From Octopus sinensis (taxonomy: Eukaryota), in NCBI RefSeq assembly GCF_006345805.1, contig NC_043020.1, positions 19,220,001-19,284,000 on the forward strand: a stretch of DNA of 64,000 nucleotides. The letters run 5' to 3'. The position numbers and the translations under genes were made by a program. Position 1 is the stretch's first letter. Each line of letters begins with the position of its first letter. The notes beneath the pieces were generated by a model. The model was not told where the DNA came from. It ran no database searches and worked only from the letters and a program-made list of their open reading frames with translations. This document shows positions 11,753-25,423 of this stretch, piece after piece.

Positions 11753-12243
11753 CCTCTTCTTTCGATTTTGCTTCCATTTCTTGCTGAGTGTCTTCCCGAC
11801 ACCCAGGACAAAGAAACTCACTGTATACATTGGTAGGCTATTAGCATAAATACACCAGATTGTTCATTTACAAAACCATGCGATAGAAAAAGGGGTAGAA
11901 ATAAAGAAAGAAAAATGAAAGAAAAATGTTTAAACTAGGGAAAAAATGAAAAACAAACAAAGAAAAGAAAGGAAAGAAAATTCACAGCAACACTGTTCTT
12001 CTCAATGCGTGTGATGTACCAGTTAGAACAACATTTTGCACTTCTTGCATGGATGGTAAGCCAGAGATCATCCTCAAAAAGTTCCTTTTTCGATCATTCC
12101 AAGTGCTTCTACAATCACTGGCATCGTAACCGTTTTGATGCCATATTGTTTCGATTTCAATCAGCAAATCTTTGTATTTTCTGAGCTTACCAAATTCTTT
12201 TGCTGAGGTATTATGATCACAAGGTATGCTCATGTCAATCAAT
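11752..12243 (-). mobile_element. R4/Dong-like 3' fragment
   Basis: ORF 11982-12242: IDMSIPCDHNTSAKEFGKLRKYKDLLIEI and VQNVVLTGTSHALR. The 3' UTR matches the copy at 27531 and ends in (AAT)n. Confidence 0.88.
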
Positions 12244-12289
12244 AAATTATAATAGTGAACATGTAAATAATTACTCAGAATGATTAATA

Positions 12290-15200
12290 AGTGGCATTAT
12301 GAAACCGTCGAGTGGTCAGCGACTAAACCGGAAACCCCACTAAGCTTGCTTGGTAAGGAGGGTGGATTTTCGACACCCTGCGGGCTTAAAAACAAAACCC
12401 GGCAAAGGGCAGAGGAACTCAGAAGAGTTAATGGCCATTCCAAAAACTGGTAGGCGGAACTCGTGAGCCTTGATTGGCAGTCTCTCTTGGAGAAGGAACA
12501 CTCTGATTTAAAACTGGAGCAGATAGGACTCCTTAGTTACAGTGGTGACAGCCTGACAGTGTCCAACGGCTCCATGCTTGGGATGAAGATGAATGAACCC
12601 GCGAATAAGGACTTAATTCTGGAGCAATATTTGGATGACGATACGGGACCAACTGATGCTCACCTGCCTCCCAGTGAGAATCATGATCATGGACCCCAAC
12701 ACAAAGAAATGCGGAGGAAAAAGGCCCAACTTATGGGTAGTAAGAGCTCTACAGTCTAGGTTGACAATCTTACTAGAGATGGTGTCTCGATAAAAATACC
12801 GGTTGGTGGCTAACCTTAAAACACAAACCTCATTGTTGAATGAAAATGTCTAACACAAATGTATCAAATAACGGTGTTAATGAGGCTGGAACCAAAGGTG
12901 AAAACCTTTCGCCAGCAAGTGTCTCGTGGTAGAGCAGCGCAGGCCCGGTCGTCATCCAGGGACTGCTTGTACATAAAGCCAGAACCAGAGAAGAAGGTGA
13001 GATAAGGATGCAAACCGAACGGTAATTGAATGCGGGGTCAGGAGGGAACCCAGTAGAAGGGGATTCTGGCAACGAATGAAAGTAAAATAGAAAAAAATAT
13101 GTGCGCAACGGTTAGTTGACCAGACAAGAGCAATAAGAGCAAAAGGGTCGTTAACAGACTTGGAATTTGAAGAGATAAACAGGAAAGTAGAAAATAGAAA
13201 GAATACTTCACCAACAGATAACGTGCCCAGTGAGAACAAAGAAATGAATGGTGGCAGGGAAGACGTAGAGCAAAGTGTAAATGCATTCTCAGTAAATGAA
13301 GCAGAAGTAATAACATGATGACAAGATAACCAACAAGATTTAGTGAGGATACTGAGCCGACATATTATAGAAGACCAGGATCAAGCAAACCCCATCACAT
13401 ACACACACAATCAGAGGTATATTGATAAACGCATTGATTCGGTCCTTGGACTATTCCAGGGTAGAAACTAAGAAGATTATTTGGGATGCAGTAACGGTTG
13501 CTGCAGACAGAGTTGGATACAAATGAAGAGAAAAAAGAGAACGTAAAAAACTATTCCGGTGTAGACGAATTTGTGAGAGACAAAGTTAAGAAGATATTTA
13601 GGACAAGTTGATATACTAAGAAGAGGGAAATTGCAGGAGGAAAGCATAAGAATAATGCTGGAAAGAACACATAGAATAAGAGATAAAGGGTATGATGTGA
13701 TATTTGAAGAATTGAAACAGGGTAGTAGCAATCAAAGCAAAACTGGAAAGAGGTGAAAATAGAACAAAATAATTCAGGCAAAACTGATTGTTTGAAGCAA
13801 TTCAGAAGAAACTGTTTCAGGAACTAGATGGGCAAATACACGTAGCAGAGGGAAGCAGGGCATTCTGGAGATGGATCTGGAACCAATCCGTAGAGCATAA
13901 TGACGAAGCGGAGTGGCTGCATGATATCCAAGATAGGTTAAGAAAAATAGAAGTCCGAGAAGACATACAAATAACTACAGAAATGATTAAAAAAAAAAGC
14001 AATTAAAAAATTCCCAAATTGGAAGAGCCCAGGACTGGATGGGGTCCAAGGTTATTGGATGAAGAAGCTGAGAGGGCTCCTTGAAAAGGTAGCGCAACAG
14101 CGAGATGAGTGCTTGCAGAAAGACGCAGTAGCCAGCTGGATGACAAAGGGAAAGACATTGCTGTGTGCCAAGGGTCCTGAAAAGGGAAATGTTGCATCCA
14201 ACTTTAGACCAATAAAGTGCCTTCCACTAATGTGGAAACTAATGTCAAGTGCATTGGACGGTGAACTGTATAGATACCTGGGAAACAGTGGACTGCTACT
14301 TACTGAACAGAAAGCGTGCCGAAAGAGGAGCCGGGGAACGAAGGATCAGCTCTTAATTGATAATCTAATTATAAGGAACTGCAAGAGAAGACACAAACTT
14401 GAGCATGACATGGGTTGACTATCGTAAAGCATACGCTATGATACCATACTCCTGAATAATAAAAAACAATGGAAATATATGGAGTAGCAGAAAATATGAG
14501 AAGCCTTATATGGACTAGCATGAAATGCTGCAGAACGGAATTGACAGCAGGGAATCTAATATTGGAGAGGTGAAAATCAAGAGAGGTATCTTCCAGGGGT
14601 ACAGTGTGTCCCCACTGATCTTCGTGCTGGGAATGATCTCCTTGAGTGAAATACTATAGAAAACAAAATTTGGGTATGATCTGGGAAGAGATAAGGGAAA
14701 ACTGAACCACTTGCTATTCATGAACGACCTGAAGCTGTTCAGAAAAACTGAGGCAGAACTGGACAGTCTGTGCGAATTTTCTCCAATGATATTAAGATGG
14801 AGCTTGGACTCTCAAAATGTGCTACGATGGTGATGAGACGAGGAAAACTTTTCAGAACAGATGGCATATGGTTGCTAAGTGGTGAAATGATGATGGCAAT
14901 TCAACCTCAATCCAGCTATAAATACCTGGGAATACTTGAGGCAGATGGAATCAAACACAATGACATGAAGGAAAAGACAAAAAGAGAGTACCATGTGGCG
15001 AGTGAGAAAAATATTGACTTCAAATCTAAATACCAGAAACTTGTGCGCAGTCACGGTAGTTCGGTATAGCGCTGGAATCCTAAAGTGAACAGAGGAGAAA
15101 CAAAAGGAGATGGACCGGAAGTCAATAAAGCTTCTAACGATGCATGGTGCCCAACATCCACGTATGGACATTGATTGTCTACACATGAAGAGAGCAAATG

Positions 15201-15975
15201 GAGAAAGCGGACTGATAAGTGTAGAAGACTGCGTGCGTTTCGAACTCGAAAGCTTAATGAGATACCTAGCCCAAAGTAAGGAACCCCTTCTAGTTGTAGT
15301 TAGGAACGAGGGAGTATTGAAAGCAGAGGAAAAAGGAAAACAAAGAAAGAAGTACAAAAAGGACATGAAGAAGAATTACGCAACAAGGGACTACACAGTC
15401 AATCCCATGTAGCCACAACGGAAGTTGCTGGAAAAAATAGGTGAGATTGGCTGATAAAAGGAACCCTAAAAAAGAGACCGAGAGCACTATACTGGCAGCG
15501 CAGGACCAAGCTTTGGCCACGAACTGGAGGGTCAACCTTAGGAATGAGTAAGTGTCTCCGCTGTGCCGCATCTGCAATAGAATGGATGAAATCATTGGCC
15601 ATATCACGAACGAATTCCCTAGACTTACCGAAAACCACTACAAGTTGTGGCAACACGATCAGGTAGCGAAAGTGCTACATTAGAAACTGTGCTAAAAGTG
15701 GAGGCTAGAGAGAAGCAAGATGTGATATGAGCACAAACCGGAGAGAGTGGCGGAGTCGGAGACTAGCAAAATCCTCTGGGATCTTCCAATCTGCTCTCCT
15801 GGGGACAGCTACGATTTTGAGATTGGTACTTGAATGTTGACTGTCTCCCATGACAATTAACAATCAAATATCAAGGCTTATAATGTGTAGTTGACCTCTG
15901 ACAGGAGGCTGCTGTCCGCTCTCCCAGAATTTACCAAAACAGGCAAGACCGAACGTTTTGAGAAGTAAAACAATA
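12290..15975 (+). mobile_element. Near full-length, decayed R4/Dong-like non-LTR retrotransposon
   Basis: KSPGLDGVQGYWMK, NFRPIKCLPLMWK, DYRKAY, RGIFQGYSVSPL, HLLFMNDLKL, YKYLGILE, CRICNRMDEIIGHI and ILWDLPI; many stops and frameshifts; UTR-like sequence at both ends. The 5' boundary is approximate. Confidence 0.88.
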
Positions 15976-15984
15976 ATATTAATA

Positions 15985-16433
15985 AGGTGAGCTGGCCGAA
16001 TCGTTAGCACGTCGGGCAAAATGCTTAGCGGCATTTCGTTCGTCTTGAAGTTCTGAGTTCAAATTCAGCCAATGTCGATCTTACCTTGCACCATTTCCGG
16101 ATCGATAAAAGAAGTACCAGTTGAACACTGGGGTCGATTTTCATGTCTTTGTGCTAAAATTTGAATCTATTATCATTATGACTATTATTAATTTTATTCT
16201 TTATCTTAAGGCGATAAACTGGCAGAATCGTTAGCACGTCGGGTGAACTGCTTTGAGGTATTTCGTCTGCCGCTGCGTTTTGAGTTCAAATTCCGCCGAG
16301 GTCGACTTTGCCTGTCATCATTTCGAGGTCGATAAATTAAGTACCAGTGACACACTGGGGTTGACGTAATCGTCTCATCCTCGCCCCCTCTTACACACAC
16401 AAATTGCTGCCCTTGTGGCAAAATTTGAAACCA
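15985..16433 (+). mobile_element. Two adjacent family-R SINE variants
   Basis: Heads at about 15985 and 16209 with ctgagttcaaatt; both end in aaatttgaa(a/t)c. Confidence 0.85.
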
Positions 16434-16790
16434 GGATTGCCCCGCCGACCTCCTTTAACAAAGAGGGAAAGGCCGGTTTCCTGTGTCTAGTGGCTGTAGT
16501 GAAAGAGGTGGTATGGTGGACCCGTTTGAAAGGGCTAAGGTCAGACACTTTCCTCTTTGGCCAAGGCCTCATCAACTTTTCAAGTTTCACTTTTATGGGT
16601 TTTTCCACGAGTAACCTTTCGAAGCGCCTCCCCCTATCGGGAATTTCATTTGTTATATTTTCGTTGTTATCTCTGGAATTTTTACGTTTTTTTTTCAAAC
16701 GGACAAAACCCTTTGTAACTTTCGTCCTGTGTTTTGTCCCTTTATGTTTTAATTAATTTTTGTCAGCCCTTGTGGCCAATAAACGAACGA
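16434..16790 (+). mobile_element. Second Tx1/L1-like 3' fragment
   Basis: IAPPTSFNKEGKAGFLCLVAVVKEVVWWTRLKG is homologous to IAPPSSFNREGKA..CLVAIAKEVVWWARLKG at about 8710-8810; the 3' UTR ends cccttgtggccaataaa plus (ATT)n. Confidence 0.8.
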
Positions 16791-16807
16791 ATTATTATTA
16801 TTATTAT

Positions 16808-16855
<48 letters not shown>

Positions 16856-16914
16856 GAGGAGGAGGAGGAGGAGGAGGAGGAGGAAGAAGAAGCGGCGGCA
16901 GCAATAGTTGTTAT

Positions 16915-17420
16915 TGCGTGCTTTCACCGTTCTACTGGACACTGCTTTGTGTACCATGGTCACATGCAGGGATTCCTTTCGTTGTTTTCTATTGTATCAT
17001 ATATGGATGCAGTTCTCAGTTGCGTCATCTTCCGTGTATTGTATATATTTGTCAGTCCTTTGGGTTTTAGTAGTATATTTGTTAACTACTTGCTTTGGTT
17101 TTTTTTTCCCTTTCAATTATTCCCAAGGAACCTGTTATTAAATGGCACTTATATCTAACGTCCATTATCCACATTCTTGCCATTTATATCTCCATATTGT
17201 TAGATTCGAAAATTTCTCAGTTGCTTTCAACTTATTTTAATCGCTATCGAGATTGATACTTCGATCAAAAATCACTGCATTCTTATATACTCCTTAAGAA
17301 CAATATCCATCCATTTAGTCTTAACATCTATTTGTATCGATTGGTAGGTATATCCCAGAGAATTGTCGTTTTGTCATTTTCCGAGTCATTTTCTCCTGGT
17401 ATTTCATAAATCTAGCATAA
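16915..17420 (-). mobile_element. Degenerate R4/Dong-like 3' fragment
   Basis: The 3' UTR (gtgaaagcacgc..ataa) matches the copy ending at 57720 and abuts the triplet tract at 16790-16910. Confidence 0.7.
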
Positions 17421-17699
17421 CGAAACCTATGGTAGCATGCTAGACGAAATGGAGCTTTCATTTACATCATTTTTTAATTTTTTCTTTTAGTCTGTTCAGA
17501 TGAATTTCTCAACTTTGAATATATGTTGGATATTTTTAGCTAATTTCTTAAAAATCAACAACTCAACACGTATATGCAAATTAGCTGACCTCGTGTGAAA
17601 TAAAAATCGTTTCATGCATAATAACTATGAGTGGTACACTGAACGGCTCAATGTTTCAATGGTCACATGTTCATGTTGCGTTAGTCTCTTAGTCATATA

Positions 17700-17753
17700 T
17701 GTGCAAACTCACACACACACATACTTCTATCACAGCAAATATATACATACATT

Positions 17754-17786
<33 letters not shown>

Positions 17787-17810
17787 TATATATATGTATG
17801 TGTATATATA

Positions 17811-17895
<85 letters not shown>

Positions 17896-17913
17896 TATAC
17901 CAACTTTCTTATC

Positions 17914-17944
<31 letters not shown>

Positions 17945-18072
17945 AAAGACGTAGTTCTCTTTTCTCTTTCGTTCTGCATACATGTTTATACACACACACG
18001 CGCCCACACACATGCACACACACACACACACACGCCCACACACATGCACACACACACACACGCCCACACACA

Positions 18073-18111
<39 letters not shown>

Positions 18112-18130
18112 GTATATATATATATAGAGA
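17700..18130 (+). repeat. Compound (TA)n/(CA)n microsatellites
   Basis: Direct reading. Confidence 0.95.
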
Positions 18131-18794
18131 GAGAGATTATGGAGATGAGTGTATTCTTCGTCACTTTGCATGTTACCAACCTCAAAAGGAAACACTTTGT
18201 ACTCCCCACCTGATGGCTTTTAATTAAGAATGTAGCGCAAAAGAGTTTGGTAAATGTCTTTGAGAATTTCATTTCAATGAAGAATTTTCGTTTCTACCGC
18301 ACTTCTTATTGAAATTCCACTCCAACCCGCTTCGTTCTTTTCAAAACGAAGACAATCCGAGTTAATTGCCAGAGTTACATAGAGAGACTTGGAATCTTAA
18401 AGTGTGGAACAACGCCAAACTTTTGATCTCCTAAACACACACACACACACACAACACACACACACATATATATATGTATATATATATAGAGAGAGAGATT
18501 ATGGAGATGAGTGTATTCTTCGTCACTTTGCATGTTACCAACCTCAAAAGGAAACACTTTGTACTCCCCACCTGATGGCTTTTAATTAAGAATGTAGCGC
18601 AAAAGAGTTTGGTAAATGTCTTTGAGAATTTCATTTCAATGAAGAATTTTCGTTTCTACCGCACTTCTTATTGAAATTCCACTCCAACCCGCTTCGTTCT
18701 TTTCAAAACGAAGACAATCCGAGTTAATTGCCAGAGTTACATAGAGAGACTTGGAATCTTAAAGTGTGGAACAACGCCAAACTTTTGATCTCCT

Positions 18795-18820
<26 letters not shown>
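18100..18820 (+). repeat. Tandem direct duplication, period 362 bp
   Basis: gattatggagatg at 18135 and 18497; the non-microsatellite cores read as identical. Confidence 0.95.
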
Positions 18821-18832
<12 letters not shown>

Positions 18833-18859
18833 ACATACACACACACACACGCTTACTCA

Positions 18860-18903
18860 AGTCACTCACTCACTCTCTGTCTGTCCCTCTGTCTGTCCCT
18901 CTG

Positions 18904-18954
<51 letters not shown>

Positions 18955-19875
18955 CCTTTCTTTCATTCTTTCATTCTTTCCGTATCTTTCTTTCCAATGC
19001 TTTCATCTTCTTTGTTTCCATCCCTGTTACTCTCACTCTCTCTGTCTCTCTGTCTCACTCTCTTTGTCTCTCTGTCTCATTCTCTCTATCTCTCTGTCTC
19101 ACTCTCTCTGTCTCATTCTCTCTATCTCTCTGTCTCATTCTCTCTATCTCTCTGTCTCACTCTCTCTGTCTCATTCTCTCTATCTCTCTGTCTCACTCTC
19201 TCTGTCTCACTCTCTCTGTCTCTCTGTCTCTCTGTCTCATTCTCTCTATCTCTCTGTCTCACCCTCTCTGTCTCTCTGTCTCATTCTCTCTATCTCTCTG
19301 TCTCATTCTCTCTATCTCTCTGTCTCACTCTCTCTGTCTCACTCTCTCTGTCTCACTCTTTCTGTCTCACTCTCTCTGTCTCACTCTCTCTGTCTCTGTC
19401 TCATTCTCTCTATCTCTCTGTCTCCGCCTTTAACTAGCAGACACGCACTACATGTCAGTCTGTTACTGTCTCACCCTCTCTTTCTCTCACTCTCTCCCCT
19501 CTCTCTCTCTCTTTCTTTCTTTCTCTCTCATTCATTCCCTGACTCTTTCGTCTCTCCTCCTTCAACCCCCTCTCTCTTTATTGACTATCCCCATCTCTCT
19601 CTCCTCACCCTCTCACTCTCACTCCCTCTCTTTTTCTCTCTATCTCTTTCATGCCTACACACACACTGACAAAAAGCAACTATCTCTCACATACACACAC
19701 ATATATTCAAACAGATAAATTCACACATAGATGTACACGCTAGATACACACATGCACACACACACACACATACACACACACACATATACACACAGACGCA
19801 CACACACGCGCGCGCTTATTCTGACGCTCATTCACGTACTCGCACTCGTTCTCTCTCTTTCTCTCTCTCTCTCTA

Positions 19876-19906
<31 letters not shown>

Positions 19907-19976
19907 GTCTCACTCTTTCTGTCTCACTCTCTCTGTCTCTCTGTCTCTCTGTCTCTCTGTATCACTCTCTCACTCA

Positions 19977-20012
<36 letters not shown>

Positions 20013-20088
20013 ATTTATCTATCTAAGTATCACTTTCTCTCTCTCTCTCTCTCTATCTCTATCTATCTATCTATCTATCTAAGTATCA

Positions 20089-20136
<48 letters not shown>

Positions 20137-20345
20137 ACTAATACTCTTTTATTTTCTGTCTCTCTTCCATCCAAACAATACACTCTTTCTTTCCCGCCCT
20201 CTGTCTTTCTCTGCCCCATCTCTCTCTCTCTCTATCCCCTTCTCTGTCTCTCTCTTTCTCTGTCCCTCACTCCTTTTCACACTCATTTTCCCACACTTTC
20301 TCAAAATCTACTTTCATTTTCTCTTTCCTTCTCTCTCTCTATGTC
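18860..20345 (+). repeat. Long pyrimidine-rich (CT)n and ctctctgtctca-type tract
   Basis: Direct reading; interrupted by (CA)n-rich sequence at about 19640-19815. Confidence 0.92.
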
Positions 20346-20779
20346 TCACTCACACACATACAAACGTATACGTACACAGCACACGCACACAGATGCACAT
20401 ACGCATACGTGCACATGCATACATAGGCAACATAAAACACACACACACACACACATACACACAGCACCAATGGTACAGGACCAATTCTGAATATTGCAAT
20501 GCATTTATTAAAACCGGGTGATTAGCACGGATCACGGTTAAACACTACAGCAGTACCTTTAATCCGGCTTATGGTTGAGAACCTCGCTATGCAACCGCGG
20601 CACCTTGGGTGTGTCGTGTCTTCTATTGTTGCCCCGGACTTACCAATGGCTTGCGAGTGAACTCGGTAGATGGAAACTGTGCGGAACCTGCCGAGTGTTC
20701 TGGTCCTAAATAAAGCTTCAGTAAATCTCTCCTTCGTATTAATCATTTGGAATACACTCAAAGTGCAACAAGGAATTCC

Positions 20780-21732
20780 TTACGTACATCCAGCAACGAA
20801 AGTGCACAAAATATATAAGTGGGCTGAAAAGAATAGCATGCAGTTCAATGCTGAAAAGTTTCAAGCTTTATACTATCAGCATGCAAAACTAAATGCAATA
20901 CCCAATGAATACACTGGACCCGGAGGAATTGCAATCCCAGAGGCACAATCAGTGCGTGACCTGGGTATTTACATGAGTGATGACGCAACCTTTCGTGTAC
21001 ATGTTGCTAAATTGGCAATGAAATGTAGACGACTGGCCGGATGGATTCTCAGAACCTTTAGAACAAGAGAACAAGAAACCATGATGGTCCTCTGGAGGAC
21101 ACTTGTCCTAAGCCACTTTGACTATTACTCTCAGCTATGGTCACCATCCAGTGTCAAGTTGATCACAGAACTTGAGGCGATCCAACGTAGCTACACGAAG
21201 AAGATAGCCTCTGTACAGAATATAAGCTACTGGGAAAGACTCAAGAGATTAAAACTCTATTCCTTGGAGCGTAGGCGAGAAAGATATGCCATAATATACA
21301 TCTGGAAGATCCTGAAGGGACTTGTCCCAAACTTTGGCATCGAGAGTTACACAAATGCCAGAACTGGGCGCCACTGCGTGGTGCCTAGGACTCCAACTTG
21401 CCATCAAGATGTAGGACAAGATACTGTGATAGCCTGGGCTTCTGAGGCCCACAGCTCTTCAATATCCTCCCGAAGAACCTAAGAGACCTGCATGGGGTGG
21501 ATGCAGATGTCTTTAAAATGAAACTGGATCTCTTCTTGTCAGGTATCCCAGATGAACCAACTTCACGGCAGGAGGTGCAGATGAGGGCAGCTGCATCGAA
21601 CTCTCTCATGCACCAAATGGCAGTTGCTAAAAAGCATTCGTGAAGTAAAACCATGTAGCAACACCAAATGGCGGTGCCCCAGCATGGCCACAGCTCGTGA
21701 GCTGAAACTAGAATCAATCAATCAATCAATCA
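20780..21732 (+). mobile_element. 5'-truncated CR1-clade LINE with (AATC)n tail
   Basis: ORF 20670-21482: WAEKNSMQFNAEKFQ, VRDLGI, WSPSSVKLITELEAIQR and YWERLKRLKLYSLERRRER; tail aatcaatcaatc at about 21712-21732. Confidence 0.88.
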
Positions 21733-22156
21733 AAACCCCGGATGACGCCTGGCAGCCGCAAGCGGTGAACGTGTTCTGGAGGCACACTACAAGGGACATT
21801 CCCATAACAAGGTTTGGATGCTACACCTTAAGATCTCCTACCTAAACTTTAATTTTAAATACAACATATGTGTGTGTGAGTACATATGTATATATCATAC
21901 ACACACACACACACATATATATAATATAATATAATATAATATAATATATATATATATATATTATTCAAAATAAGCAACAAGAATAACTTCGGTAATTTGG
22001 TACGATCGTTTCACACTACATCATTTTATTAAATATTGTAAGTATTACAACAGTTTTAAAATGTTGAGCAATCATCAGCCATTAATAGAAGTTTTCCATT
22101 AATACAAAATTTTCATATCATTCATGTTGAACTTATATATATATATATATATTCAT

Positions 22157-22267
22157 ATATAATATGTGACAATTATTCGGTTGCTATAATAAGAGTCCGA
22201 GTTTCGGATGTCGGAGCGGAAACTCGGAGTCTTATTATAGCAACCGAATAATTGTCACATATTATAT
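22157..22267. repeat. Near-perfect inverted repeat, 49 bp arms and 13 nt loop
   Basis: 22157-22205 is the reverse complement of 22219-22267 except one G-G mismatch (22195/22229). Confidence 0.95.
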
Positions 22268-22360
22268 TTACAGACAAATTCCTCTATTTACATAATATCG
22301 AGGTCTCATTCATTATTTTGTTGTCTTACCATTACTATTAATATATAGATATATATATAT

Positions 22361-22851
<491 letters not shown>

Positions 22852-22972
22852 TTTCTCATCAGAAACGCTTATCTCTCCTCATTCAGAAAACATAGTAAGT
22901 TCTCTTCCTTCATTATATTTTCTCGTTATTTGCCCTGATTATAGATATACATAACAATATATACACATATGT

Positions 22973-23620
22973 GGAGGCACGTGGCTTAGTGGTTAGGGGT
23001 GTTGGACAATCGTAAGATTGTGGTTTCGATTCCAGGACCGAGTGGCGCGTTGCTCCAGTCCACTCAACTGGCAATCATGAGTAACCCTGCCACAGACCAG
23101 CGTCCCGTCCAGATGGGGAATATATACGCCATTGAAACCAGAAACCGGCCCTCATAAGCCTGGTATGGCCCGAGGAGACACATTTATATATGTGTGTGGA
23201 AGCTCATGGCTTTGTGGTTAGAGCAGCGGACTCGCGGTCGAGGGATCGCGGGTTCGAATCTCAAACTGGGTGTTATAAGCCAAATACCTAAGCTCCACGC
23301 GGCTCCGGCAGAAGTGATAAGAAGTTTGTTATCTAACCACGTGATTTCGGGTTCAGTCCTATTGCATGGAACCTCGAGTAAATGTCTTTTACTAGCCCCG
23401 GGCCGAGCAAACACGCGTGAGTGGATTTGGTCGACGGAAACGAAGAGAAGCCCGACATGTGTGTGTGTGTGTGTTCGTTTTTGTGCATGTTCACACAAAC
23501 AACACGACTATAGAATAAGTATAATACTTTAAAAGAATAATACTGGGTGATGGCTCGATCTGATCGAATAAAAATCCATCTACGCTCTGATCCAGCATGG
23601 CCACAGTCCAGTAAACAAGA
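22973..23620 (+). mobile_element. Cluster of tRNA-like SINE heads (family V and family C variants)
   Basis: gtggcttagtggttaggg..tttcgattcc at about 22980, tggttagagcagcggactcgc..ggttcgaatc at about 23215, degenerate family C head from about 23310. Confidence 0.75.
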
Positions 23621-23719
23621 ATTAAATCAGCGTCGTTAGGTGAATATATTGTCTAGAATCTCCTTATTTCAAATTAAGAGTGGCAAATGCTTTCACATCG
23701 TGTGTGAGTCATTAAGCAT

Positions 23720-24772
23720 TCACATTTTGGTACGAGGCCAGCAATTTCGGGAGGTGGCTAAGTGGATTACATCGACCTCAATGTTCAACGGGTTCTTATT
23801 TTATCGACTCCGAAAGGATAAAAGGTAAAGTCGACCTCGGATGAATTTGAACTCAGAACGTAAAGTCGGACAAAGTGCCGCTAAGCATTTTGCCTGTCGT
23901 GCTAACGATTCTGCCAGTTCACAGCTTTTAGAGTCGTTCTACACATTAAAAGATATTCGCACTATTATATTCAACTTTAAAGCAAAGCAGCAGAATCCGT
24001 GATCCTCTGTGTCGATAAATAGTAAGGATGTTGTGCCAAATCACCTTTGTTTTGGTTATGTTATGTTATCTTTGTTCAGTCAAAAATCATCGGCGAAAAA
24101 TATATGTCGTGAAAATGTCACATTCATTTTTGTCACGCACGTCACAGTTAAAGGAGAATTATGATCAGATATTTGTTGTCCAGGAAACTCATTAGAATTT
24201 TTTTTTTTTATTTCAATGCCAATGTAAATGAACGCCATGAGGTGTTTTATGCAGCTCTGGAGAAATTCAAAGGAATTAGTATTTAATATTTTCCGGTGAA
24301 ATAAAGGTGATGAGCTGGTTGAATCGTTAACACGCCGGAAAAAATGCTCAACTACACTTCGTCCGTCTTTACGTTCTGAGTTCAAATTTCGCCGAGGGTC
24401 GACTTTACATTTCATCCTTTCTGGGTCGATAAACTAAGTACTAGATAAATACTGGGTTCGATGAAATCAACTAGCCCCCTCCTCCACAAATTTCAGGTCT
24501 TGCTCCCATAGTAGTAAGGATATTAACGTGCATATGACTGAATACTCCACAGACACGTATACTCTTAACGCAGTTCGCAAGGAGATTCAGCGTGACACAG
24601 AGTGTGACAAGATTGGCCCTTTGAAATACAGGTACTACACTTTTTTGCCAGCTGAGTGGATTGGAGCAATGTGAAATAAAGTGTCTTGCCCAAGGACATA
24701 ACGCGACGCCAGATACCGAACTCACGACCTTACGATTATGAGCCGAATACACTAAGCCACGCGCCTTCATGG
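23720..24772. mobile_element. Family R SINEs (23720-23922 minus, 24305-24520 plus) and family V SINE (24520-24772 minus)
   Basis: Match to other copies in the window. Confidence 0.8.
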
Positions 24773-24854
24773 ATTGTCCTACTTATCCTTTCGATCGCTG
24801 AATACAAAACGTAGGTTGCGACACCTCCGTCCGGGTGATTTTCCTGAGTTACTA

Positions 24855-25423
24855 ATTTCTTTATTGCCCACAAAGGGCCAAACACAGAAGGGACAAACAA
24901 GGACAGACGAATGGATGAAGTCGATTATATCGACCCCAGTGCGTAAGTGGTACTTAATTTATCGACCCCGAAAGGATGAAAGGCAAAGTCGACCTCGGCG
25001 GAATTTGAACTCAGAACGTAACGGTAGACGAATTATCTATTTCTTTATTGCCCACAAGGAGCTAAACACAGAGAGGACAAACAAGGACAGACAAACGGTC
25101 GATTACATCGACCCTAGTGCGTAACTGGTACTTAATTTATTGACCCCGAAAGGATGAAAGGCAAAGTCGACCTCGGCAGAATTTGAACTCAGAACGTAAC
25201 GGCAGATGAAATACCTATTTCTTTACTACCCACAAGGAGCTAAACACAGAGAGGACAAACAAGGACAGACAAACGGTCGATTACCTCGACCCTAGTGCGT
25301 AACTGGTACTTAATTTATTGACCCCGAAAGGATGAAAGGGAAAGTCAACCTCGGCGGAATTTGAACTCAGAACGTAAGGGCAGACGAAATACCGCTGAGC
25401 ATTTTGCCAGCTCGCCGCCTTCA
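24855..25423 (-). mobile_element. Family R SINE trimer with 17 bp TSD
   Basis: gaactcagaacgtaa at 25007, 25185 and 25363 (period 178); attttcctgagttacta duplicated at 24838-24854 and 25424-25440. Confidence 0.92.

Noticed and set aside
20670-20790. N-terminal part of the 270 aa ORF as a novel fusion protein
   Set aside because: A chance open frame through a degenerate SINE head running into a truncated CR1 fragment; it starts at a non-ATG codon.
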